From the NCBI GenBank assembly GCA_017995055.1, contig JAGOJP010000002.1, positions 1 to 52,143 of the forward strand: 52,143 nt of DNA, given 5' to 3'. Made by a program: the position numbers and the translations under genes. Position 1 is the stretch's first letter. Each line of letters begins with the position of its first letter. Under the pieces are notes generated by a model. The model was not told the origin of the DNA and searched no databases. It was given only the letters and a program-made list of their open reading frames with translations. Of the stretch, positions 27,508 through 36,337 are shown one piece after another. The stretch comes from Candidatus Omnitrophota bacterium. Lineage in GTDB: Bacteria; Omnitrophota; Gorgyraeia; Zapsychrales; JANLHA01.

Positions 27508-28158
27508 CTACTCCTTCATCAATTTATATTCATACTCGCCGTCCGGCGACAGGGAATCCAGCAACATCCGGAGCTGCGGGTCCCCGGGATGTTTCTTCAA
27601 AAGTTCCTCGAAATATTTTTTAGCCTCATCCGGCTGCCCCATCTGCAAAAATGTCAAACCGATCATATTCAAAGCGATCTCCTGCCCGCCCTCCGCGGCA
27701 ATCTGAAGGTGCGTCAGGGCGGCTTCAAAGTCCCCCCGCCCGGAAAGATGCTGGCCGTAATACAGATGCCCTTCGGCATCATCGGGCTCCAGCCGGAATA
27801 ATTGTCCAAAATATTCGTCTGCTTTTTGGCGGCTTCCGGGGATGTCCAGATTATAGGCGAACAAACTCGCTTTTCCTAGCCGGAATAAAACCTCCCGGCT
27901 AGGTCCGTTGTTTTTCAGCATCCGCTCCAACTGATCCAGGGCGTCCCGGAGAAGCCCCTCAACGTCATCCCTTTGCGCTTCCGAAATAAAATCCGGGGGA
28001 TAATTACGCGCGTGCTCAAAAGCGATAGCAAGGACACGATCAATATCCGAAAACTTCTCCTGGGCCTGCGCTATCTCCCCGTGAGAAAACAAACAGACCG
28101 CCAGCAGGACAAACACGCATTCAACCGCCCCCCTCTTATGATCCGTAAAACAAAACAT
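27508..28158 (-). CDS. Secreted tetratricopeptide-repeat protein
   Basis: 216 aa with a signal-like N-terminus and several 34-residue TPR-like repeats (e.g. GHLYYGQHLSGRGDFEAALTHLQIAAE, LNMIGLTFLQMGQPDEAKKYFEELLKKHP). Confidence 0.65.
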   Translation of the reverse strand: MFCFTDHKRGAVECVFVLLAVCLFSHGEIAQAQEKFSDIDRVLAIAFEHARNYPPDFISEAQRDDVEGLLRDALDQLERMLKNNGPSREVLFRLGKASLFAYNLDIPGSRQKADEYFGQLFRLEPDDAEGHLYYGQHLSGRGDFEAALTHLQIAAEGGQEIALNMIGLTFLQMGQPDEAKKYFEELLKKHPGDPQLRMLLDSLSPDGEYEYKLMKE

Positions 28159-28188
28159 AACCCCCTCCTCTTTTTCAATAATAACCCA

Positions 28189-29241
28189 TCAAGTTTTCTG
28201 GACATTAAGCATCTGCGTGAAATACGCGAAATTAATCCCTTTTTTCTCAAACTCGGCCTTAATCGCGAGATTAATATCCTGCTGAATATCCATATATTTA
28301 TTATAATCAGGACCGATCACGTAATAGACGACTTCGAATATCAGGCTAAAATCCCCATAGCTGAAAAAATGCGCGCGGTCGAAAACGGTGTCTTTCGTAT
28401 CCTTGATGATCGCCTCAATGATTTTGGGGATTTCCTTCAGCCGGCTCAGGGACGTTTCATACGTGACGCCAAAGCGGAATAAAACACGCCTTTTCTCCAT
28501 AAATTTATAATTACGCACCCGCGAGTCCGTCAAATCCGTGTTGGAAAAAATGAGCTGTTCTCCTCCCAGACTGCGGAGGCGGGTGGTTTTGATGCCGATG
28601 TATTCGACCGTGCCCATATAATCACCGATGATAATAAAATCCCCCCGTTTAAAAGGCCGGTCAAACACAATGGAAAAATAACTGAAAAAATCCTTCAGGA
28701 GCGTCTGGGCGGCTATGGCCACAGCGATACCTCCGATCCCCAGACCGGCGATCATGGTGGAAACTTTAAAGCCGATATTGTCCAGAAACACGACAAACGC
28801 CAGCGCCCATATCAAAAGTTTGAGCACATTAAAAATGCCGTCGAAACTTCTGACCAGGCCGGGGTCGTCCTCGCGCCGGGCCAGATACACCTTCAGGCCG
28901 TAAGCCAGCAGCAGAATAACGATACGGGACACGAAAAACAAAATAACGGCAAGCTGCAAGGCGTTGATGATTCCGTCCAGCCCGGCAGAGAATTTCAAAA
29001 CTTTCAAACCAAGATAAAAACAGGTCAAATACAGGCACGGCAGGGCGACCTTCTCCAGAATTTTGGCTATAAAATCATCAAATTCTGTTTTAGTCTTCTG
29101 CGCGATTTTTTTAAAATGGCGGATAACGGCGCGGATGATAATCCTGACAACCCATAAGCTGATGAAGGATGTTAACACGGCAGCGAGGAAATCCGAAATA
29201 CGGTTTCCAAAAATGACGTAATCCAAAATCTTCATATCCAC
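28189..29241 (-). CDS. MscS-family mechanosensitive channel
   Basis: Multi-TM N-terminus, then the MscS beta-domain motif FKRGDFIIIGDYMGTVEYIGIKTTRLRSLGGEQLIFSNTDL. Confidence 0.85.
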   Translation of the reverse strand: MDMKILDYVIFGNRISDFLAAVLTSFISLWVVRIIIRAVIRHFKKIAQKTKTEFDDFIAKILEKVALPCLYLTCFYLGLKVLKFSAGLDGIINALQLAVILFFVSRIVILLLAYGLKVYLARREDDPGLVRSFDGIFNVLKLLIWALAFVVFLDNIGFKVSTMIAGLGIGGIAVAIAAQTLLKDFFSYFSIVFDRPFKRGDFIIIGDYMGTVEYIGIKTTRLRSLGGEQLIFSNTDLTDSRVRNYKFMEKRRVLFRFGVTYETSLSRLKEIPKIIEAIIKDTKDTVFDRAHFFSYGDFSLIFEVVYYVIGPDYNKYMDIQQDINLAIKAEFEKKGINFAYFTQMLNVQKT

Positions 29242-29510
29242 GGCTCAACTCCTTTCCAGGAGGCGGATAGGCTCTCCAGAGAATACATAGCGCGAAACAA
29301 AACCGACGGATGGAAGGTATTATATCCCCATTCCTGGGGTCTCTTCAACCCCTTTAGCCTGTTTTGAAACCACCTCCCGGAAGGGCCTCGCGGGAAAAGG
29401 AACGCTGGGAAGGGACTCTTACTCTCTATTGACCAGTATTTTTTCCGGACGTCTTTTCTTCGCCGCGGGACAGGTCAAAAAGCAGGGATAATTTTCTCTA
29501 TCCAGCGAAG

Positions 29511-29966
29511 TCAAGGAGACGAAACCTGGTCCTTTTGACTCAGGGCGTTCTCCACCGCCTTCTTTAAATTATCGCTGCTGACCGTTGCCCCGGTCACCCC
29601 GTCAACGTCTGTGGACTGCTTCTCGATGATCTTCACTTTTAAAGTCTCTATCATTTTTTCATACTCTTCGCCGCCGCCCCCATGCTCTAATATTTTAATA
29701 TCTTCAATCTTCCCGTCCTTGACACGAACGCGCACCCGGACAAACGAGTGTTCCCCTTCGAACACGCCGTCCGCATACGGTTTGTCTGCGGCGGAAGCAC
29801 ACCGGCCGCTCGTCATTAAAACGGCCGCGAACACAATGATTAAATATGCGGCGGCTCCCCCCCGGGCTAAAGGCCGGGGCTCCCTGAGCCCTCCCCGGAG
29901 TTCCTTCGCATTCATCCCTGGCCTAAAGGCCTGGAATTTCTGCGGAGTGGAATTAAACGCTGTCAT
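29511..29966 (-). CDS. Membrane-anchored FMN-binding-domain protein
   Basis: FMN_bind-type motif VDGVTGATVSS near the C-terminus and one N-terminal TM anchor. The ATG at 29966 lies 6 nt after GGAGG. Confidence 0.65.
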   Translation of the reverse strand: MTAFNSTPQKFQAFRPGMNAKELRGGLREPRPLARGGAAAYLIIVFAAVLMTSGRCASAADKPYADGVFEGEHSFVRVRVRVKDGKIEDIKILEHGGGGEEYEKMIETLKVKIIEKQSTDVDGVTGATVSSDNLKKAVENALSQKDQVSSP

Positions 29967-30049
29967 GATCCCCCCTCCTTCCATAAATTGAGCCTTCCCC
30001 TGAAGTGGCTACATTTCTTCTAAACGTTTCATCATACCAAAAAACCATC

Positions 30050-30240
30050 AAAAATAAAAAGGTTAAAAACCGGGACCGGGACCAAGCCCGCGGCAGCGGT
30101 GAGACCCTGGGGATAACCCGGCCCAGGGTCGCCCGCGCGGACTATATACGGTTGATGGCGCTCAAAACCGACCGAATGGCCATCTCGGCTATTTGAGAAG
30201 ATGAGAATGGATACATTGTTACCCTCACCGCGCAACTTTT
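30050..30240 (-). promoter_or_regulatory. Candidate structured GC-rich 5' leader (unclassified) upstream of the FMN-binding-protein gene
   Basis: An 8-bp long-range helix (30096..30103 with 30224..30231) encloses a 9-bp hairpin (30103..30111/30122..30130) and a 6-bp hairpin (30154..30159/30179..30184). U-rich tracts follow on the minus strand. No coding potential. Confidence 0.25.
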
Positions 30241-30256
30241 TTTGTTATAACGCAGT

Positions 30257-30781
30257 TTACATACGGGAAAAAGCCCTGATTTGCCGGATTTCTTTTTCCG
30301 GCAAGCCGATGGATTCCAGAAAATCCTGGTGCGCCTCGGGAGAAGATGCTTCAAAGGCTTTATGCCACTTATGCAGGCCATCGTCATCAAGCCCGGCTTT
30401 GCGCAACAAATCAACCCATCGCTCTTTTGTCATTATGCGTGTCCTGCCCCGGGCAACCCCATCCTCCTGCAGCATATCCACAATAATCTGCTGTTGCTGG
30501 CGCAAGGCGGCTATTTCCTGATTGATCGCGTGAAGGCGTTCCTGTAAGGCCACGATTTTTTTAGAAGTTCCGGCAGCCATAACGGCTTTAATCTTTTTCA
30601 GGTCGAGCCCGGCCTCACGCAATTCGCAAATACGTTCTAATTTCCGAACGCTTGGGTCCGAATATAAACGATAGCCGGATGCCGTGCGCTTATCCGGGCG
30701 CAATAACCCGATGGCATCGTAATAAAGGATGGCGGTGCGGGACAGTCGGAACTTGTGGGCTAATTGAGTGATTTTATACAT
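30257..30781 (-). CDS. MerR-family transcriptional regulator with a ~55-aa C-terminal effector-type domain
   Basis: MYKITQLAHKFRLSRTAILYYDAIGLLRPDKRTASGYRLY HTH/wing, a coiled-coil dimerisation helix, and the C-terminal WVDLLRKAGLDDDGLHKWHKAFEASSPEAHQDFLESIGL. Confidence 0.85.
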   Translation of the reverse strand: MYKITQLAHKFRLSRTAILYYDAIGLLRPDKRTASGYRLYSDPSVRKLERICELREAGLDLKKIKAVMAAGTSKKIVALQERLHAINQEIAALRQQQQIIVDMLQEDGVARGRTRIMTKERWVDLLRKAGLDDDGLHKWHKAFEASSPEAHQDFLESIGLPEKEIRQIRAFSRM

Positions 30782-30795
30782 GGCCGTCTTTCCAT

Positions 30796-30829
30796 GAAAA
30801 ACCACGCCCTCACGAGACGTGGTTTTTTC
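30796..30829 (-). terminator. Hairpin/terminator between the small paralog gene and merR
   Basis: AAAAACCACG-(11 nt)-CGTGGTTTTTT, with T and A runs on both sides. Confidence 0.5.
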
Positions 30830-30885
30830 GCGATAATAAATCAGCGGGGAAGGGCGAGCCGCTCTCCCCTTTCCCGCCCCTAGGC

Positions 30886-31062
30886 CTATAAATTACGGAC
30901 CTTTTTAATTTTTTCATCGGACAACCCCAGCCATTTCAGAAAACTTAAATGCCCCTCTGGATAGCGCGCTTCAAACACCTGATGCCATTTCTTCATATCT
31001 TCATCGGTCAAGCCGACCTCCCGAAAAAGATCGATCCACTCTTCCACAGTCACTTTCCCCAT
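30886..31062 (-). CDS. 58-aa stand-alone paralog of the MerR C-terminal domain (absent from the ORF track, <60 aa)
   Basis: ATG at 31062 preceded by AAAGGAGACGTG. The translation MGKVTVEEWIDLFREVGLTDEDMKKWHQVFEARYPEGHLSFLKWLGLSDEKIKKVRNL aligns at roughly 45% identity with residues ~128-180 of the adjacent MerR protein. Confidence 0.55.
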   Translation of the reverse strand: MGKVTVEEWIDLFREVGLTDEDMKKWHQVFEARYPEGHLSFLKWLGLSDEKIKKVRNL

Positions 31063-31167
31063 CACGTCTCCTTTCGTAACCTGCTGACAATTTTATGGCC
31101 ATGTAAAAATACTATAAACCATGAAGTTGTAGACGAGTCAACGAAAAAAATAAAAACAGTTCAGGGA

Positions 31168-31980
31168 TCAGGATCTATCAACAAACCACTGAATTAATTC
31201 ACTGGAAAGAGAGCGGCTGTGCGGGACCTTGGGAAGCGCGCCGGCCTTGAACCATCCGGCTTCGGCAATCTCGCGTCCATCAATCTTAATATCTCCGCTT
31301 TGATAATCCGCGGTAAAGCCGATCATTAGACTGTCCGGGAAAGGCCAAAACTGACTTTTAAAATACCGCACATTTGTCACCTCAATACCCACCTCTTCAA
31401 AAACCTCCCGGTTCAGGCAGGATTCCAAAGACTCTCCCGGCTCTACAAAACCTGCCAGGACACTGAACATCTGCTTATCTGGAAAATCAACGCTCCGGGC
31501 CAACAAAATCTGTTTATCTTTTATAACGGCGACAATAACCGCGGGCGAAATTCGCGGATAATGGATCAGCTTGCACTGTTCGCAGACCCTGGCGTGTTCA
31601 TTTTCAAGCACAACCGTTTCTGAAGCACAGCGTCCGCAAAAACGAAAATTTCTGTTCCAGTTGACAATCTGCTTCGCATACCCGGCGATATCAGCAAGTT
31701 CTTTTTCATATTCCAAATATAAGCCCCTTAAACTGATCCACTGATATTTATCAGAAGCATCCTTATCCGACGCGGCCGCAGCGTAACATGGCCTGTTATT
31801 GAATAAACCGATAAAACGCTCATCCTGCAGCCCGAGCTCTTTTGCCTTTTCGGCCGTTAAAAGAGGGAACATCTCCCTCTCGCGGCTTTTATTGACAAGG
31901 ATATCGTCATTGAAAAAACAAAAATAATAGGCCTGGGCCGCGTCCCTATGCGGGTTAACCACTGATTTAATGAACGGCAT
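31168..31980 (-). CDS. nudC: NAD(+)/NADH diphosphatase NudC (Nudix hydrolase with zinc ribbon)
   Basis: Zinc ribbon CGRC ... CEQC followed by the Nudix box GFVEPGESLESCLNREVFEEVG. Confidence 0.85.
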   Translation of the reverse strand: MPFIKSVVNPHRDAAQAYYFCFFNDDILVNKSREREMFPLLTAEKAKELGLQDERFIGLFNNRPCYAAAASDKDASDKYQWISLRGLYLEYEKELADIAGYAKQIVNWNRNFRFCGRCASETVVLENEHARVCEQCKLIHYPRISPAVIVAVIKDKQILLARSVDFPDKQMFSVLAGFVEPGESLESCLNREVFEEVGIEVTNVRYFKSQFWPFPDSLMIGFTADYQSGDIKIDGREIAEAGWFKAGALPKVPHSRSLSSELIQWFVDRS

Positions 31981-32059
31981 GACAGCCTCCTCCCCAAAAG
32001 CACCGTACGTGATTATTTCTCGATGTCAGATTTTGCCCCCGCGCGTTTCTGCGGTACGA

Positions 32060-32844
32060 TTAAATGAAAATATCACCCCGCAGTGTTCCATATTTCGTGA
32101 AGCACACCCGTGCGGTCATTAAAATCGTGAGCAAAACGCTTATGATGGTACTCACGACAATGCTGATCATAATCATAATCTGATATTTAATAGCGACCTC
32201 CGGGCTGGCCCCGCCCAAAATGACACCCGTCATCATGCCGGGAAGCGCCACGATCCCTATGGTCGCCATCGAAGCGACCGTCGGTTTAAGCGCGAGGCGA
32301 ATACTTTCTTTCATGTAAGGCCGCACGGCTTCATGATGAGAGGCGCCCAATGAAAGCACATACAGATATTTTTTACATCTTTCCTGATCCCCTTATAGAA
32401 AGCATCTATCCCGACGATATTGCCTCTCAGGGAATTCCCCAGAAGCATCCCTCCGAGAACGACAAGATACCTGGCGTCAAAGACATCATCAAGCCGGAGG
32501 ACAAATATATTGATGTAAAAAATAACCGTGAACGTCGCCAGGGCGAACGCGATAAACACCGGCGCGAGGATCTTCCCCGGTTTCATGGATGAGCCGCGGA
32601 TAGCCGAAAAAACCGCGACCATAATCATCACGATAAGCCATAAAAAGTTAATAACGGCGTTGTTCCACAAAAATAAATATTTCAAAAACACGCCGATAAG
32701 GACAAGCTGAACAGCCATCCTTCCCGCGGAACCCAAAAGTGGCTTTATAAGGCCAAGCCCGTAAATCCGGCTCAAAATAACCGGCACCGCCAAAAGTAAA
32801 AATACCAACAATAATGAATCAATAGAAATATCTATCGTTTCCAA
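32060..32844 (-). pseudogene. fetB: FetB/YbbM-family (UPF0014) ABC permease, split by a 1-nt frameshift
   Basis: ORFs 32311..32844 and 32060..32359 are the N- and C-terminal parts of one ~260-aa permease (C-part: LSLGASHHEAVRPYMKESIRLALKPTVASMATIGIVALPGMMTG). The frames switch at a homopolymer, T6 on plus at 32369..32374. Confidence 0.75.
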
Positions 32845-33470
32845 GCGTTTTTCTCCAGGTCAAAAACTTTCACATGAGGGTCCTCTAACCAGACAGCGTC
32901 ATGTGATATCGCGACAACGGTCCAGTCCTTGCGGCCCATAAAGAAATCGGCAGTTTTTTGTTTAAGATTTTTATCCAAAGCTGATGTCACCTCATCCAAA
33001 AGGAACACATCCCGCTTTAACAAAACAGAAACAATGATGGCAGCCCTCTGCCTCTCCCCCCCGGAAAGCGCCGAGATGTCTTCGTTGAGTAAATCTCGGC
33101 TTAACTCGAAAAAGTCCATTAATTCTTTCACTTTTTCCTCCCCGAAGTCCGCTGGGTGGTTCGTTTTCATCCCTGCGACAAAAGCGAACCATTCCGACAT
33201 TTTATAATCGCCGATACTAACATCCTGATCGACAAAGGAAACCCTTCGTCTCACGTGCCAGACGCTGCGCTCATTCACAGGGGCTCCGTCAAAAAATATC
33301 CTCCCGCTCTGAGGCCGCACAAACCCAAGGAGAAGGGCGAAAAGCGAAGATTTTCCGAGTCCGGATTTCCCCAAAATGGCGACCTTTTGCCCCCGGGTTA
33401 TTCCCAGGGAGAAATTATTAAAAATCGGCTTAAGGCCGAAATTTAAATTTATTTCTTCATATCTGATCAT
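32832..33470 (-). CDS. fetA: FetA/YbbL-type ABC transporter ATPase
   Basis: Walker A GKSGLGKSS, signature LSGGERQRAAI, Walker B VFLLDEVTSALD. 13-nt overlap with the permease gene. Confidence 0.75.
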   Translation of the reverse strand: MIRYEEINLNFGLKPIFNNFSLGITRGQKVAILGKSGLGKSSLFALLLGFVRPQSGRIFFDGAPVNERSVWHVRRRVSFVDQDVSIGDYKMSEWFAFVAGMKTNHPADFGEEKVKELMDFFELSRDLLNEDISALSGGERQRAAIIVSVLLKRDVFLLDEVTSALDKNLKQKTADFFMGRKDWTVVAISHDAVWLEDPHVKVFDLEKNAWKR

Positions 33471-33511
33471 AACAAATAGTCGTAGATATCTACGGGGTCA
33501 TGCTCATAGGA

Positions 33512-33775
33512 TTACGAAGATCTACTAAAGTAAGCCTTCAGCCAGTCTTTGACTTTAGCCTCTCTCTGCTCCCTGACCGCTTTGGTCTTTCTCAGCTTCT
33601 CTTCCTCTGATCCCGCAAAAGCGGACGGATCAGGAAATCCCCAGTGAAGTTTCTGCGCAACACCCGGGAATATAGGGCAATGTTCCGACTGCGACTCATC
33701 GCAGACAGTGACCACATAATCATATAACTTACTCTGCTTATAAAAATCAAGGATGCACTTAACCCACGGTTTCAT
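33512..33775 (-). CDS. arsC: Arsenate reductase (LMW-PTP/thioredoxin-coupled type), C-terminal half only
   Basis: [34 protein letters not shown] matches the C82/C89 region of Bacillus-type ArsC. The N-terminal CX5R P-loop (~65 aa) is absent, and the ORF start overlaps the acr3 3' end by 17 nt. Confidence 0.7.
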   Translation of the reverse strand: MKPWVKCILDFYKQSKLYDYVVTVCDESQSEHCPIFPGVAQKLHWGFPDPSAFAGSEEEKLRKTKAVREQREAKVKDWLKAYFSRSS

Positions 33776-34853
33776 GCTTGAACCAATCTTGCGTTCTTAA
33801 ACAAACCTTAACCAGCATCAGCATGACCGGCACCTCGATAAGAACACCGACAACCGTTGCCAGCGAAGCCCCTGACGACAACCCGAAAAGAATTGTCGAA
33901 GTAGCGATAGCAACCTCAAAATGATTGCTTGCCCCTACTAAAGCCGACGGCGCCGCATCCCGGTAAGACAGTTTAAGCCACTTCGCCAAAGCATATGTTA
34001 TCGCAAAAATAAGGGACGTCTGTATGAAAAGCGGTATTGCAATCAGAAGAATTATCTGCGGGTGGTTTATAATCAGTTCGCCCTTAAAAGAAAACAACAG
34101 GATCAGGGTGAGCAACAAGGCCCCGATTGAAACCGGCGTCAGATAATGAAGAAATTTCTCCTCAAACCACTTAGATCCTTTCTTGGCGATCAACCACTTT
34201 CTCGAATAATACCCCAAGAGTAACGGTAATCCGACGTAGATAACAACCGATAACACGATCGTCTGCCAAGGAATCGGCATCTTGTTCACACCAAGAAGCC
34301 ATCCGCCCAATGGCGCATAAAGGAACAGCATAGTTAAGGAATTTATGGCGACCATGACCAGCGTGTGGCCGTCATTGCCTTTCGACAAATGCCCCCATAT
34401 CAAAACCATGGCCGTGCATGGTGCTATGCCCAACAAAATGCATCCGGCAATATACGAACGAAACAACTCAACCTGCATTCCGCCTTTTACTATCTCCATC
34501 CCCGGAAGCCATCCCTTAAACAAAAAACCAAGAAACAACCATGCCATGGCAAGCATGGTAAACGGCTTGATACACCAATTCACAACTAATGTCAGGATAA
34601 CCGGCACAGGCGTCTTGCCCGCTTTGACAACCTCAGCAAAGTCAATCTTGACCATGATGGGGTACATCATGAAAAACAAACAAATCGCAATCGGTATAGA
34701 CACTTGATACATTGAAAACTGATCAAGCGATACCGCAACCTGAGGGAACAATTTGCCGAGCGCTATGCCCAGCCCGATACAAAGAATGACCCAGCCGGTA
34801 AGATATTTTTCAAAAAAACTTAATTTGCGCTCCTCGTGAATAACACGTTCCAT
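33759..34853 (-). CDS. acr3: ACR3-family arsenite efflux permease
   Basis: 364 aa with 10 TM helices and the conserved GIAPCTAMV motif ([14 protein letters not shown]). Confidence 0.9.
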   Translation of the reverse strand: MERVIHEERKLSFFEKYLTGWVILCIGLGIALGKLFPQVAVSLDQFSMYQVSIPIAICLFFMMYPIMVKIDFAEVVKAGKTPVPVILTLVVNWCIKPFTMLAMAWLFLGFLFKGWLPGMEIVKGGMQVELFRSYIAGCILLGIAPCTAMVLIWGHLSKGNDGHTLVMVAINSLTMLFLYAPLGGWLLGVNKMPIPWQTIVLSVVIYVGLPLLLGYYSRKWLIAKKGSKWFEEKFLHYLTPVSIGALLLTLILLFSFKGELIINHPQIILLIAIPLFIQTSLIFAITYALAKWLKLSYRDAAPSALVGASNHFEVAIATSTILFGLSSGASLATVVGVLIEVPVMLMLVKVCLRTQDWFKHETVG

Positions 34854-34862
34854 TTTCTCTCC

Positions 34863-35552
34863 TTAAAATAACGGCAGAATATAAATTCCCGTGTAATACA
34901 AACCGACGAGAACAAAAATCCATCCGGTAATTCTGCGAGTATAAAATTCCAGTTTTGTGATCTTATTATACCAATGGCTCATTGAAGTCACACCCAACGC
35001 AATAGCCACGGCGAACGCCAGGACCGGAAGTCCTGTCCCTATCCCATAGATAAACGGCAGAATCGTCCCTGCTTTGCTATTAAGCGCCAAAGGAATTAGA
35101 CTGCCGAAGAATAACGCCGCTGAAACCGGGCAGAACGCTAAAGCGAATATTAGGCCCAGAAGAAAAGCCCCTGGAGCGCCGGATTCAATCAGTTTATTGT
35201 GATGCCTTTGAGATAAAACAAGACCCGGCAGTTCAATTGAAAAAATTTCCAATAAAAACGAACCTGTCAGAATAAGCAGCGGGCCCAGCGCCTTTGACAT
35301 GTATTTTTGTAAAAACTGGGCGACCTCCGGAACGCTTAAAAGAGAACTAATGATAATCCACCCCAGCACCGCGTACGCAACCATCCTGCCGATGGTATAA
35401 GCCACTCCTGACAAGAACACCATAAACGGATGTACGATCTTTTTCGAAAGAAACGATACGGCTGCGATATTCGTCGCCAGAGGGCACGGACTGATTGACG
35501 TCAATATCCCCAGCCATAAGGCTGAACCCAAAGCAATCGATAGTTCTATCAT
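34863..35552 (-). CDS. CcdA/DsbD-family transmembrane thiol:disulfide electron-transfer protein (I recall 'ArsG family' naming for such ars-linked members)
   Basis: 229 aa with 6 TM helices and the two signature TM cysteines (ISPCPLATN and AFCPVSAALF). Confidence 0.7.
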   Translation of the reverse strand: MIELSIALGSALWLGILTSISPCPLATNIAAVSFLSKKIVHPFMVFLSGVAYTIGRMVAYAVLGWIIISSLLSVPEVAQFLQKYMSKALGPLLILTGSFLLEIFSIELPGLVLSQRHHNKLIESGAPGAFLLGLIFALAFCPVSAALFFGSLIPLALNSKAGTILPFIYGIGTGLPVLAFAVAIALGVTSMSHWYNKITKLEFYTRRITGWIFVLVGLYYTGIYILPLF

Positions 35553-35968
35553 TGTGTATCCTGCATGAGGGCGCTCACCTCAGCCGTCACATACTCAATG
35601 AATTTTTGCTTATCGCGGGCGAGTTGCCAGATCTTATCAAGATTTCTTGATTTAACCTCTTGACCGTCTTTGACCAAAGAAAGAATTAGCGACTTGGTAT
35701 ACAACTGGTAGTCATCCACAAAATGCTCGTTACCACGCTCTTCGACATTAACAGCCTTGAACTCAAGCCTGCCGGAAGCGAGATCGTCTTTAAAATTCGT
35801 CTCAATCGCCTCTCGGGAATAATTCTCCATGTTTGTGCAGGTATAGCACCTGAACGATCCATGAAAATAATAAGCCATGACTTTCGCTGAACTGCTATCT
35901 GCCACAAAGACTGCTGTGGCGCTCATTACCGCAACAGCCGCCAGAATTCCGAGAAGAAGTTTCTTCAC
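35549..35968 (-). CDS. Membrane-anchored thioredoxin-fold CXXC protein (I recall 'ArsF family' naming)
   Basis: Signal anchor KKLLLGILAAVAVMSATAVFVA followed by FHGSFRCYTCTNME (CXXC). The start is uncertain: GTG 35968 (after AGGAAG) is chosen. ATGs at 36046/36013 would overlap the upstream ORF by more than 100 nt. Confidence 0.55.
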   Translation of the reverse strand: MKKLLLGILAAVAVMSATAVFVADSSSAKVMAYYFHGSFRCYTCTNMENYSREAIETNFKDDLASGRLEFKAVNVEERGNEHFVDDYQLYTKSLILSLVKDGQEVKSRNLDKIWQLARDKQKFIEYVTAEVSALMQDTQ

Positions 35969-36326
35969 TTTTACTTCCTGAAATTTTAGTAGCCGCTTTT
36001 TTGATATTCTCATCATTGACTTGAGTTGTACCTTTTTCAAAGCCAAGGTCCTTCAGATTAAAAGAAATCGGCGTAAACCCCGCATGCTCAAGAATCTTTT
36101 TCGAACACAGCACCTGACAACCGTCAATCGCGATGATCTTTTTGGCCGCTTTTGCCGATTCAATCATGCCCGGGACGTGCGCTCCAATACCGGCAAGACA
36201 AAACATCTTTGCCTGACCGCATTGGGCCATCTTGCGTGCCACTCTATCCGACAAATCCCCCACATCAGCGGCGCCAGAACAAGGGAAAATAAGAACTCCC
36301 CCCTCCTGACACATACATTCGCCCAT
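35895..36326 (-). CDS. DGC-domain (putative zinc-binding, Cys-rich) protein
   Basis: IFPCSGAADVG ... FCLAGIG ... IAIDGCQVLC pattern typical of the DGC domain that is frequent in ars operons. The C-terminal tail overlaps the next gene. Confidence 0.7.
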   Translation of the reverse strand: MGECMCQEGGVLIFPCSGAADVGDLSDRVARKMAQCGQAKMFCLAGIGAHVPGMIESAKAAKKIIAIDGCQVLCSKKILEHAGFTPISFNLKDLGFEKGTTQVNDENIKKAATKISGSKSEETSSRNSGGCCGNERHSSLCGR

Positions 36327-36337
36327 TTCATTCTTCC

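Noticed and set aside
30050-30240. Assigning the structured leader to the FMN (RFN), cobalamin, TPP, ZTP or guanidine riboswitch classes.
   Set aside because: None of the conserved cores I can recall (e.g. GGGUGAAAUUCC…ACCGGCGGU for FMN, AGGGAA…GGUGAAAAUCC for B12) is present. It is kept only as an unclassified candidate.
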